Shown here piece by piece: positions 8,925 to 17,680 of a DNA stretch of 64,000 nt. Position numbers and translations under genes: made by a program. Origin of the DNA: an uncultured Christensenella sp. (GTDB taxonomy: Bacteria > Bacillota > Clostridia > Christensenellales > UBA1242); NCBI GenBank assembly GCA_949290565.1, contig CASESH010000004.1, positions 9,877 through 73,876 on the forward strand. The letters are read 5' to 3'. The first letter of the stretch is position 1; each line of letters starts with the position of its first letter. The notes below the pieces were generated by a model. The model was not told the origin of the DNA and made no database searches. It worked only from the letters and a program-made list of their open reading frames with translations.

Positions 8925-11900
8925 ATGAATAATTTTAATGACAAAATAAAGGAGATAGATAGTTATAAATCAACCATAATTAGTGGTTTAAATGAGGGAG
9001 AAAAAGCCTTTCTACCTTATTTTTTGTCAGGAAAAATTTTAATTGTTTGCCCTAATAAAGAAAATCTTTTAGTTTATAAAGAGACACTTGTTTCACTTGG
9101 AAAGAAGGTAATTTTTTTAGAAGATAAATTACCTTTATTAATAACTTTAAATCAAACTAAATCTAATGAATTTAGAGAATATATTAATTTTATTACGAGG
9201 TTAGTTAATAGAGATTATGATATTATATTAATCACAGCACAAGTTCTTTTTCAAAAGTTTCCTAGTTTTATATATTTTAAAAAAAATATAATCAATCTTG
9301 GTAAAGGAGAAAAATTAAATCAAAATATTTTAGTCCAAAACTTAATAGACTTGGGTTATGTTAGAAATGAAATTATTATTGATAAGGGAGAGTTTACTGT
9401 TAGAGGAGATGTTGTTGATGTTTTTCCAATTAATCATGATTTACCTATAAGAATAAATTTTTTTGATGATGAAATAGAAAGTATTAATTCTTTTGAATTA
9501 AATAGTTATAAACTTATTCAATATTTGGAAAAAATTCAAATCAGTTGTACCAATTTATTGAATTTAGAATATTTAAAAATTCAAAATATAAAAGAAAGTG
9601 TTAAAAGTGATTTGCAAAAATTAAAGTTAAGTGATGAGAGTATGATTAGAGTTAGTCAAATTTGCTCTCAGCAATTAGAATATTTAGAACAAAAGTCATC
9701 TCAAATTTCAACTACTTTTTTTCTTCCGTATTGTGATTACTATTCTTACTCAATTTTTGATTATTTAGAAAAGAACGATACTGTTATTTTTGATGAACCA
9801 AAGCCAATAAGTGATAAGATTAAACTTATATATGACGATAACATAAATTCTTTTTTGGATCTTTCGTTAAGTGGAGAGTTCTTACCAAGACATCAAGAAT
9901 TTTATATTGATAAAAAAGATGTATTTAAGAAAATAGATGATTTTAGATTAATTGCTTATTCTAGATTAATTTCACAAAATCCAATATTTAAAAGTCAAAA
10001 TCTAATTAATTTTATTTGTCCACATATTCCAAGATATATTAATCATTTTATTGAATTAACAGAAGATGTTAATAATTGGAAAAGAAATAAAAATACAATA
10101 TTAATAAGTTGTCCACAGCCAATTACTCAAAATAAATTAAAAAATTTTTTAAATGATAAAAACATATCTTTTGTTGAAATTAACAATATTGGGGATATTC
10201 AAAATGAAAATGTAAATATTGCTTCTTTTGAATTGCCTTATTCAAGTTGTTTTCAAATGGAAAAATTTATTTGCATAGGTTCTAAAAGTTTATCAAATCA
10301 ACTTGAATCAATAAAAAAGCAATCTAGTCAAAAACCTGTTTTTTTGCCTCAAATTGGAGATTATGTGGTTCACGAAATTCATGGTGTTGGCAAATGCGTT
10401 GGAATAAAAAATTTAAAATTGTCCTCCTCTTTTAGAGACTACATTATTATAGAATATAAAGATGGTGACTTATTATATTTACCAAGTGAAAATGTTGATA
10501 TGCTTACTAAATATAATCAATCAACGCAAGTAAAATTAAACAAAATTGGTGGCACTGAATTTTACAAAATTAAACAAAAAGTCAAAAATTCTATTAAACA
10601 AATGACTTTTGATTTGATGAAAGTTTATGCTAATAGATTGAATTCCAAGGGTTTTGTTTATTCAAAGGATAGTTATTTACAAAAAGAATTCGAGGCTTCT
10701 TTTCCTTATGAATACACAGTAGATCAAGTCAAGGCTTTAAAAGAGATAAAAGATGACATGGAAAGCCCTCGAATTATGGATAGATTATTATGTGGTGATG
10801 TCGGATTTGGAAAGACAGAAGTGGCTCTTGCGACTGCTTATAAGGCCATTCAAGATGGCAAACAGGTTGCCATAATTTGTCCAACTACAATTTTGTGTGA
10901 ACAACACTATTCAACTGCAATTTCAAGAATGAAAGATTTTATGGTTAATGTGGCTTGTTTAAACAGATTTAAAACTGAGAAAGAGAAAAATGAAATCTTA
11001 ATTGATTTAAAAGAAGGCAGAATTGATTTAATTTGTGGAACTCATAGTCTTTTAAGTAAAAACGTTGTTTTTAAAGATTTAGGGCTTTTAATTATTGATG
11101 AAGAACAAAGATTTGGAGTAGAAGATAAAGAAAAATTAAAAAATTTAAAGAGCAATGTTGATGTTCTTAGTCTTTCTGCTACTCCTATCCCAAGAACGTT
11201 AAGTATGGCTTTGTCAGGTATAAGAGATGTTAGTTTTTTACTTACTCCTCCAAAAGAAAGAAAAAAAATCAAAACTAATGTAATTGATTATTCAGATGGT
11301 TTGCTTACTCTTGCCTGTCAAAAAGAAATTGATAGAGGTGGGCAAGTTTTGATAATATACAATAGAGTAGATGGAATTACTAATTTTTATACTCATGTAA
11401 AGTCTTTAATAAATAATGTTGAAATCGATTATGTTCACGGACAAATGCCATCTAAAATTTTAGAACAAAAAATTTATAATTTATATTCTAGAAAAACTCA
11501 AATTTTAATTAGTACAGTTTTAATTGAACAGGGGATTGATTTGCCTTATGCAAATACTTTGTTTGTTATAGACGCCGATAAACTTGGATTAAGTCAACTT
11601 TATCAGTTAAGGGGTAGAATAGGTAGAAGCAATATTGAGGCATATGCTTATTTTAGTTTTTCAAAAGATAAAGTATTGACACAAGATTCATACAAAAGAC
11701 TTGATGCAATAATGGAATTCAATGATTTTGGTAGTGGTTATAAAATTGCACTTAGAGATTTAGAAATAAGAGGGGCCGGAGATGTTTTGGGTAGAGTTCA
11801 ACATGGACATATGCAACAGGTAGGCTATGATTTGTATGTAAAATTATTAAATGAAAGCCTTGCTCAAATGAGAGGTGAAAACGTCGAGGAAACAAGAGAA

Positions 11901-12341
11901 ATTAAGTTGGATATTCAAATTAATTCTTATTTGCCAAAAGAATACATTTCAATTAATGAAAATAGAATCGAATTTTACACAAAAGTTAGTAAAATTTACA
12001 ATTTAGAGGATTACGAGAATGTTATTTGTCAAACAAAGGAAGTTTATGGGGAGTTGCCTCAATGTGTTGTTAATTTGTGTAAAATAGGTTTAATTAAGAA
12101 TTTAGGACAAAAAATTAAAGCTAGTAAAATTGTCTTAAATGACTTTACTAGGAGAATTATATTTTATGAAAACGTAGTTGATACTAAAATTTTCGATTTT
12201 CTTGTAAAAAATAGTGTTGATTATGTTTTAAATAATGATAAAGTGCCTATAATTATTTTAAAGGATGAAGGAAATATTCAAAAACAAGTCGAAAAATTAA
12301 TAAAATTTCTTATTCAATGTGTAGAAATCCTGAATAAATAA
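8925..12341 (+). CDS. mfd: Transcription-repair coupling factor Mfd
   Basis: 1138 aa. It has a CarD/TRCF RNAP-interacting region (VHEIHGVGKCVGI), superfamily-2 helicase motifs (GDVGFGKTEVAL, DEEQRFGV, LSATPIPRT, QLRGRIGRS) and lies downstream of pth. Confidence 0.95.
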   Translation: MNNFNDKIKEIDSYKSTIISGLNEGEKAFLPYFLSGKILIVCPNKENLLVYKETLVSLGKKVIFLEDKLPLLITLNQTKSNEFREYINFITRLVNRDYDIILITAQVLFQKFPSFIYFKKNIINLGKGEKLNQNILVQNLIDLGYVRNEIIIDKGEFTVRGDVVDVFPINHDLPIRINFFDDEIESINSFELNSYKLIQYLEKIQISCTNLLNLEYLKIQNIKESVKSDLQKLKLSDESMIRVSQICSQQLEYLEQKSSQISTTFFLPYCDYYSYSIFDYLEKNDTVIFDEPKPISDKIKLIYDDNINSFLDLSLSGEFLPRHQEFYIDKKDVFKKIDDFRLIAYSRLISQNPIFKSQNLINFICPHIPRYINHFIELTEDVNNWKRNKNTILISCPQPITQNKLKNFLNDKNISFVEINNIGDIQNENVNIASFELPYSSCFQMEKFICIGSKSLSNQLESIKKQSSQKPVFLPQIGDYVVHEIHGVGKCVGIKNLKLSSSFRDYIIIEYKDGDLLYLPSENVDMLTKYNQSTQVKLNKIGGTEFYKIKQKVKNSIKQMTFDLMKVYANRLNSKGFVYSKDSYLQKEFEASFPYEYTVDQVKALKEIKDDMESPRIMDRLLCGDVGFGKTEVALATAYKAIQDGKQVAIICPTTILCEQHYSTAISRMKDFMVNVACLNRFKTEKEKNEILIDLKEGRIDLICGTHSLLSKNVVFKDLGLLIIDEEQRFGVEDKEKLKNLKSNVDVLSLSATPIPRTLSMALSGIRDVSFLLTPPKERKKIKTNVIDYSDGLLTLACQKEIDRGGQVLIIYNRVDGITNFYTHVKSLINNVEIDYVHGQMPSKILEQKIYNLYSRKTQILISTVLIEQGIDLPYANTLFVIDADKLGLSQLYQLRGRIGRSNIEAYAYFSFSKDKVLTQDSYKRLDAIMEFNDFGSGYKIALRDLEIRGAGDVLGRVQHGHMQQVGYDLYVKLLNESLAQMRGENVEETREIKLDIQINSYLPKEYISINENRIEFYTKVSKIYNLEDYENVICQTKEVYGELPQCVVNLCKIGLIKNLGQKIKASKIVLNDFTRRIIFYENVVDTKIFDFLVKNSVDYVLNNDKVPIIILKDEGNIQKQVEKLIKFLIQCVEILNK

Positions 12342-12370
12342 TTGATTTTATGACTTTTTTGGTGTATAAT
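12342..12370 (+). promoter_or_regulatory. Candidate sigma-A promoter for the PrsA-like gene
   Basis: TTGATT (12342-12347), a 17-nt spacer, then TATAAT (12365-12370), about 40 nt upstream of the GTG start. AT-rich background makes chance matches likely. Confidence 0.35.
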
Positions 12371-12409
12371 TCTCTTTGTGTAAAAAATTGCTAGAATGGA
12401 GAAAATGTA

Positions 12410-14125
12410 GTGAGAAAAAAGTTTGCTATTTTAATGATTTTTATATTTATGAGTTTGTCTGTTTTAACAGGCTGTAATCTTTTTAGTAAAAATAACTATG
12501 CTTCACTAAGTTCAATTGTTGCTACTAGTGGGGATATTTCTATTACAAGAGAGGAATTGATTAATGCCTACAATAGTAGTGGTTATTATTACTATTATGC
12601 TTATGGTTATACACAAGAAGGGGCTGTTAAACAAACTATTAATGATTTAATTGACCAACAATTTTTGTTAAACTATTTGAAAAATTCTACTGATAGTAAA
12701 TTAATGCTAAATGAAAAAGATTTTAATAATATAATTTCTCAAACTTGGGATTATGTGAATGAATCTATACTTACTTATGTTAATGAGGTAAGAAAAGAAC
12801 TTAAACTTCCTTTAATTGAAACTGAGGAATCTGAAACTGAGGAAGAAGAACCTGAGTTTGCTCCACAGGAACAATACAAAACTAAATTTGAACTAATTAA
12901 TGATAAGGTTTACCTTATTCAAGAAGATGAAGAAAGCGTAACTGTTGATTCAAAAGCAACTAGTCTTGAAACTGCATTTAATTATGCGTTAGAAAATTAT
13001 CCAACCCTTTTTACGAATTTTATAAAAAGTAATGACCAAAATTATAAAAATTTGATTTGGAAAAGATATCTTGCAGCATTAAAGACTTCTCAATCAAATT
13101 ACGGTTATAAAGATATGTCAGACGATGAAGTCTTTAAAAGAGAACTTCAAAGAATTTTTGATGCTGTTGTTGATAGCGTAAGAGTTACTAAATTCCAAAG
13201 TACTGTCGTTTATGGTTGCGAATATGATGAACAATTAAATAGATATTACTTAACTGATGTGACTTTGCAATCAATGGTTAATAAATATGTTGAATTATAT
13301 GAAAAAAATTATGAAGACTATCAAAACAATTCACAAGATTTTTATAAGAGTATAGCAAATTCATCAAATGCAAAGGATTATGTTTTTTATGGTGATTCAA
13401 GTAAAGAAACTTTTATTACTGTTTCTCATATTTTAGTTAAATTGAGCGATGAACAAATTGCACAAATAGAATCAATAGAAAATGATACAAATTTTTCACC
13501 TGAGGCCAAAGAAAAAAAGATTTATGAAATAAAGAAACAAACTCTTGTTTATGAAAGAGATTTAGAGACAGGTGAAGTAATTGATGAAGTTGGTATCACT
13601 ATTGGAGAAATGTATGAAAATTTATTAAGTGATTTAAAAAATGTTTACGATTTAAGTGAAAGAACAAAAATCTTTAATAATTATTTATATAGATATAATG
13701 TTGATACAGGTATTATTAATGCAACTAACGATTACGTTGTTGGTACAAAAAATAGTGCTATGGTTTCATCATTTACTGATGCAGCAAGACAGTTGTATAA
13801 CAATGGTAAAGTTGGAGATGTGTCTGGTTTAGAATATGAAGATAATGATGATTATACCGGTTATCATATAGTTTTCTATACCGGAACATTACAAAATATC
13901 TTTTCTAACAAAGACTCTCTTAGTACTTTAACAATTGATAACATTTATAACTTACTTTCTAAAAAATATACTTCACTTTCGTATAATCAAACTTTATTTG
14001 AGTTTATATTTGATAAAATAAATGATACAAATTATTACAATACTTATAGTGATAATTTGGTAAAAACTTTAAAAAATAATGTTGAAATAAAATATAATGT
14101 AGATAATTTTTCTGATTTATATTAA
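12410..14125 (+). CDS. Lipoprotein with a parvulin-type peptidyl-prolyl isomerase domain (PrsA/SurA-like foldase)
   Basis: Signal peptide with lipobox LSVLTGC. It has parvulin-like segments (VSHILVKL ... GYHIVFYTG). A PPIase lipoprotein downstream of mfd is common in Clostridia (from memory). Confidence 0.65.
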   Translation: MRKKFAILMIFIFMSLSVLTGCNLFSKNNYASLSSIVATSGDISITREELINAYNSSGYYYYYAYGYTQEGAVKQTINDLIDQQFLLNYLKNSTDSKLMLNEKDFNNIISQTWDYVNESILTYVNEVRKELKLPLIETEESETEEEEPEFAPQEQYKTKFELINDKVYLIQEDEESVTVDSKATSLETAFNYALENYPTLFTNFIKSNDQNYKNLIWKRYLAALKTSQSNYGYKDMSDDEVFKRELQRIFDAVVDSVRVTKFQSTVVYGCEYDEQLNRYYLTDVTLQSMVNKYVELYEKNYEDYQNNSQDFYKSIANSSNAKDYVFYGDSSKETFITVSHILVKLSDEQIAQIESIENDTNFSPEAKEKKIYEIKKQTLVYERDLETGEVIDEVGITIGEMYENLLSDLKNVYDLSERTKIFNNYLYRYNVDTGIINATNDYVVGTKNSAMVSSFTDAARQLYNNGKVGDVSGLEYEDNDDYTGYHIVFYTGTLQNIFSNKDSLSTLTIDNIYNLLSKKYTSLSYNQTLFEFIFDKINDTNYYNTYSDNLVKTLKNNVEIKYNVDNFSDLY

Positions 14126-14154
14126 TTTTTAAATAAATTTAAAAGGAGGAGATT

Positions 14155-15531
14155 ATGACTGAAAAATTAGATGTAAAGAATAAACCATATTCTCCTTTTT
14201 TGAAATCTTTAAAATTTAGAAAAAATAAATTAGTTAGATTTGTAAGTAATTATGGTGCAAATATTAGCGATGCAACAAAATTTTCTATTAAGCCTTTTAC
14301 TTGTTGTGAATTAATTGAAACAGCAAAAGATAAAGATGAAAAAATTTTAAAAGAAAAAAAGCAAAATTCAAAGAAAAGAAAAAAGTTACTTAATTTGCTT
14401 TATTTTGGTCTTAATATAATTGTTATTGCCATAGTTTTAGTTATTCAATTGTCTGGTGAGACAGACCCTAAGAATTCTATTTCAGAAATTTTAAATGCAA
14501 ATTGGTGGTTTATTCTTGCCGCCTTTGCCTGTTTTGCTTTTGGAATGTTTTTAGAACAAATTAGATTTGCAGTCTTAATACATAAAGCGACTAATGTTTT
14601 TAGAATTAATCTTTCTTATAAAACTGCTGCCGTGGGTAGATATTATGATATAATTACTCCTCTTAGTACAGGTGGACAGCCTTTTCAGGTAATTTACCTT
14701 AATAGATATGGTATTAGAGCGGGTGAGGGCATATCTATTGCAATGGCAAAATATATTTTTTATCAAATAATTTTCTTCTTAGGAGTAAGTTTTTTCATTT
14801 TTAGAGATTTATTCCTAAATCTTAATAATACTGCCACAAATACTGTAATTGCAAGTGCTACCGGTGGTGTTGCAACAGGTTTTGCTACTACTTTAAGTTG
14901 GATTGGTTATGTCGTTACTGCTGTTGTAATTTTAACTGTTACATTTATTTCTTTAAACAAAAGAGCAGGGGCCGGTTTTGTTGTAAGTATTTTGAAGTTA
15001 CTTAGCAAAATAAAAATAGGCAAATTTAGAGTGATTAAAGACTATAAAAAATCTTTCCAAAGTGTTATGAAGACAGTTAATATTTGGCAAAGAACCACAA
15101 AGAAATATAGTAAATCTCCGGGTGTTATTTTAGTTTGCTTATTTAGTTCAATAGCCTATTTTTTAATAAATTATAGTATTCCTTATTTCATTTATTGTGC
15201 ATTTGAAGGATGGGATTTTTCTATGTGGATGCAAATTGCAACTATTTCTATTATGGTTGACTTGGCTTCTGCTTTTAACCCTATACCTATGGGAACAGGT
15301 ACTGCCGACCTTTCATTTACTGCTTTTTTTGCAACAATTTTCTCTACAACAGGTGCTCAAATCTGGGCTTTAATTATTTGGAGAATTCTTGCTTACTATA
15401 TATATATATTGCAAGGATTTTTTGTATTATCATATGATTATTTTGTTGGCAATAAGAGATTAGAAAAAAATAAAGAATTTTGGATGTTGCCTATAAAAGA
15501 AAGAATTAAACTTTTTGGTAGAAAAAAATAG
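14155..15531 (+). CDS. Polytopic membrane protein, flippase-like / lysyl-phosphatidylglycerol-synthase TM-region family (UPF0104-like)
   Basis: Strong RBS AAGGAGG. It has multiple TM helices. RYYDIITPLSTGGQPFQVIYL resembles the conserved loop of the LPG_synthase_TM family (from memory). Confidence 0.55.
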   Translation: MTEKLDVKNKPYSPFLKSLKFRKNKLVRFVSNYGANISDATKFSIKPFTCCELIETAKDKDEKILKEKKQNSKKRKKLLNLLYFGLNIIVIAIVLVIQLSGETDPKNSISEILNANWWFILAAFACFAFGMFLEQIRFAVLIHKATNVFRINLSYKTAAVGRYYDIITPLSTGGQPFQVIYLNRYGIRAGEGISIAMAKYIFYQIIFFLGVSFFIFRDLFLNLNNTATNTVIASATGGVATGFATTLSWIGYVVTAVVILTVTFISLNKRAGAGFVVSILKLLSKIKIGKFRVIKDYKKSFQSVMKTVNIWQRTTKKYSKSPGVILVCLFSSIAYFLINYSIPYFIYCAFEGWDFSMWMQIATISIMVDLASAFNPIPMGTGTADLSFTAFFATIFSTTGAQIWALIIWRILAYYIYILQGFFVLSYDYFVGNKRLEKNKEFWMLPIKERIKLFGRKK

Positions 15532-15535
15532 TTAT

Positions 15536-15568
15536 AAAAAACTTGTCTAGTTTGGCAAGTTTTTTTGT
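15536..15568 (+). terminator. Rho-independent terminator
   Basis: Stem acttgtc (15541-15547) / ggcaagt (15554-15560) with one G-U pair, extended by flanking A/T pairing and followed by T7. Confidence 0.6.
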
Positions 15569-15601
15569 TTAAAATTATTTAATTAGTAAATAATTTTTTT
15601 G

Positions 15602-16063
15602 ATGAAAAAATTTTTAATTGTTTTTTGTTTATTATTTTTTATTTTTTGTACATATTTAAATTTAAATAATGATAAATTTTATCAATATTTTAAAAATTTT
15701 AATGTAAGTTCTTTTTGTTATATCGTTGATAGTCAATGTTTAGGTAATAATAACAGTTTAAATCAAGTAGTTTCAACTGCTGGATATGATTTTTTATATT
15801 TTAATTCCATTAACTCTAATATAAAAGCAAAATATAAACAAGTGGAAATGGTTTATTCAAAGGGTGTAATTAAAAAAATTATTGAAGATTTAAATTTGAG
15901 AATCGTTTTTGAAGAAGATGTTATTCAACTTCATATCATTTATGCCTATTCTCCTTTTTTTGATAAATTTGTTTTAGTAAAAAATAATAGAGTAAATTTC
16001 CAATTTGCTCTTTCAACTGATAAACTTACAATTGGTTATCCATTAATTTATACTTCATATTAA
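15602..16063 (+). CDS. Hypothetical protein with an N-terminal signal/anchor helix
   Basis: Open frame starting at ATG 15602 (the listed 15599 is TTG one codon earlier). Hydrophobic N-terminus KKFLIVFCLLFFIFC. No recognisable motif. Confidence 0.45.
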   Translation: MKKFLIVFCLLFFIFCTYLNLNNDKFYQYFKNFNVSSFCYIVDSQCLGNNNSLNQVVSTAGYDFLYFNSINSNIKAKYKQVEMVYSKGVIKKIIEDLNLRIVFEEDVIQLHIIYAYSPFFDKFVLVKNNRVNFQFALSTDKLTIGYPLIYTSY

Positions 16064-16120
16064 AAAAATGTTTAAAAATATTTTTTTAGTCAACAATTTG
16101 ACTAGGAGGATATTTTAAAT

Positions 16121-16702
16121 ATGAATTATAGAACACAAATTAAGGAATTTTTTTTAAGATACAAAAGAGTATTACTTATCAGTACTGCGTTAGTTCTAGC
16201 CATCGTTTTAATTTCAGTTGTTGCTAGTAAGTCAGTAAATTATAAGGCTGATGACAGTGTCCAAACATCTTCGCCAACAAATATAACTTTCATTATGCCT
16301 GTAAAAGATGGAGTTGTAATTAAGGATTTTTCAAACACTACTTTAAAGTACAATTCTACCTTAAAACAATGGGAAGCACATAAGGCTATTGATATTAAAG
16401 GTGCTGATGGTACCGATGTTCTTGCTTGTTATAAAGGTGAAGTTGTTAGTATCGAAAATGATTATTTAAGAGGCACGGTTGTAACTATAAAACACACTAA
16501 TAATTTACAAACTGTTTATGCTTCTTTAAGCGAAGATGTTACAGTTAAAGTAGGGGATAAAGTAAATACAGGTGATAAAATTGGAACAATTTCAACTAGT
16601 GCAAAAAGTGAATCTAATGATGGTCCACATCTTCACTTGGAAGTTTTGCTAGATAATGTTAAAACTGACCCAAATTTATATTTGGAAAATACTAACAAAT
16701 AA
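16121..16702 (+). CDS. Membrane-anchored M23 (LytM-domain) peptidase, SpoIIQ-like
   Basis: RBS AGGAGG. N-terminal TM helix. Intact LytM zinc motifs HKAIDI (HxxxD) and GPHLHLEV (HxH). A bitopic M23 protein next to spoIIID mirrors the spoIIQ-spoIIID adjacency I recall in Clostridioides difficile. Confidence 0.65.
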   Translation: MNYRTQIKEFFLRYKRVLLISTALVLAIVLISVVASKSVNYKADDSVQTSSPTNITFIMPVKDGVVIKDFSNTTLKYNSTLKQWEAHKAIDIKGADGTDVLACYKGEVVSIENDYLRGTVVTIKHTNNLQTVYASLSEDVTVKVGDKVNTGDKIGTISTSAKSESNDGPHLHLEVLLDNVKTDPNLYLENTNK

Positions 16703-16779
16703 AACATTATTTAATTTGCTTTACTAATATCTTTTTTTAGTGTATAATTCCTTAGCGTTATTTTAATGGAGGATTTAAA

Positions 16780-17016
16780 ATGTCATTAGAAAAAGTTAGA
16801 ACTATGTTAGCAAATCAACTTAATGTTCAAGTAGATAAGGTAAAGGAAGATTCGAGAATTGTAGAAGATTTGGGTGCTGATTCTCTTGATATGATTGAAA
16901 TGCTTATGGCTCTTGAAGAAGAATTTGGTATTACTGTTCCTGATGAAGATGCCGAAAGTTTAAAAACAGTTGGTGATATAGTTAAGTACATTGACAATGC
17001 AAAAAAAGAAAACTAA
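16780..17016 (+). CDS. acpP: Acyl carrier protein
   Basis: 78 aa. LGADSLDMIEMLMALEEEFG contains the phosphopantetheine attachment DSL motif. RBS GGAGG. Confidence 0.9.
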   Translation: MSLEKVRTMLANQLNVQVDKVKEDSRIVEDLGADSLDMIEMLMALEEEFGITVPDEDAESLKTVGDIVKYIDNAKKEN

Positions 17017-17021
17017 TAATT

Positions 17022-17057
17022 AAAACTATTTAAGTTAACCTTAAATAGTTTTTTTTC
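17022..17057 (+). terminator. Rho-independent terminator after acpP
   Basis: Perfect 11-bp stem aactatttaag (17024-17034) / cttaaatagtt (17040-17050) with a 5-nt loop, followed by a T-run to 17057. Confidence 0.7.
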
Positions 17058-17125
17058 TATAAAAATGTAATTTTTGACATATTTTGACAAGTACATCTCA
17101 TATGGATTAAAAAGAGGTGTGCTAT

Positions 17126-17395
17126 ATGAAAGTTTTTATTCAGGAGAGAGTACTTGCTGAGGCTTGTGAAATACTAGAAAAAAAGAGCACTGTTAGACAA
17201 ATTGCTAAATTGTTTAATGTGTCGAAAAGTACTGTTCATTTTGATTTAAGTAGAAGACTAAAAAAAATTAATTTAGATTTATTTAAAAAGGTTAGTGTTT
17301 TATTAAATTATAATCTATCTCAAAGGCATATTAGAGGTGGTATTGCTACTAAAAATAAATATTATTTTCAAAAATTAAACAAGAAAATCTCTTAA
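17126..17395 (+). CDS. spoIIID: Stage III sporulation transcriptional regulator SpoIIID
   Basis: IQERVLAEACEILEKKSTVRQIAKLFNVSKSTVHFDLSRRLKKINLDLFKKV...RHIRGGIATKNKY aligns along its length with B. subtilis SpoIIID (VSKSTVHKDLTERLPEINPDL...RHLRGGEATKLKY, from memory). I prefer ATG 17126 behind AGAGG over the listed GTG at 17117. Confidence 0.9.
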   Translation: MKVFIQERVLAEACEILEKKSTVRQIAKLFNVSKSTVHFDLSRRLKKINLDLFKKVSVLLNYNLSQRHIRGGIATKNKYYFQKLNKKIS

Positions 17396-17513
17396 AATAT
17401 TATAGAAAAATGTATTTTTTCTTGTATATTTTTACAATAATTTTTTTCCTTTTTTCTTTTAAAAATGAATAAATTTTTATATGGATATTTGACCTATAAA
17501 TTTTCTATTTTGT

Positions 17514-17543
17514 TTGACATTATATTATAAAATAAAATATAAT
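17514..17543 (+). promoter_or_regulatory. Candidate sigma-A promoter for the giant-gene pair
   Basis: Perfect TTGACA (17514-17519), an 18-nt spacer, then perfect TATAAT (17538-17543). It lies about 70 nt upstream of ATG 17615, within the 219-nt AT-rich intergenic region after spoIIID. Confidence 0.45.
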
Positions 17544-17614
17544 TATTTATATTAAAATGCTTGTATTATAATTTCTAACAAAAAATAACATACTAAGGAA
17601 TAGGTGAAAACATT

Positions 17615-17680
17615 ATGAAAAAATTTATTCTTTTTTTATCAGTTTTTATGATAACATTAGCTACTCTTTTAGTAGGGTGT
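17615..17680 (+). other. Lipoprotein signal peptide of giant protein 1 (lipobox L-V-G-C, Cys22)
   Basis: MKKFILFLSVFMITLATLLVG|C has a positively charged N-region, a hydrophobic core and a lipobox. The Cys codon is at 17678-17680. Confidence 0.8.

Noticed and set aside
16064-16120. Small inverted repeat gtcaa-caat-ttgac between the hypothetical gene and the M23 gene, as a terminator or operator
   Set aside because: It is a 5-bp stem with no T-tract, immediately adjacent to the AGGAGG RBS, and is most likely fortuitous.
17074-17107. Sigma-E-like promoter for spoIIID (gaCATATT 17076-17083, 15 nt, CATATGga 17099-17106), plus two TTGACA hexamers (17074-17079 and 17084-17089)
   Set aside because: The -10-like element ends only about 3 nt before the RBS purine tract (17109-17116), so the predicted TSS would fall inside the RBS. 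The match to the remembered sigma-E -10 (CATACA-T) is partial. Neither TTGACA has a credible TATAAT at 16-18 nt. It is left as unresolved rather than called.
17615-17660. Phase-variation by simple-sequence repeats at the 5' ends or promoters of the giant genes
   Set aside because: Only short homopolymers are present (A6 at the start codon, T7 at about 17630-17637, A5 before 41573). These are ordinary for this AT content. No long poly-A/T/G tract or tandem di- to penta-nucleotide repeat was seen.
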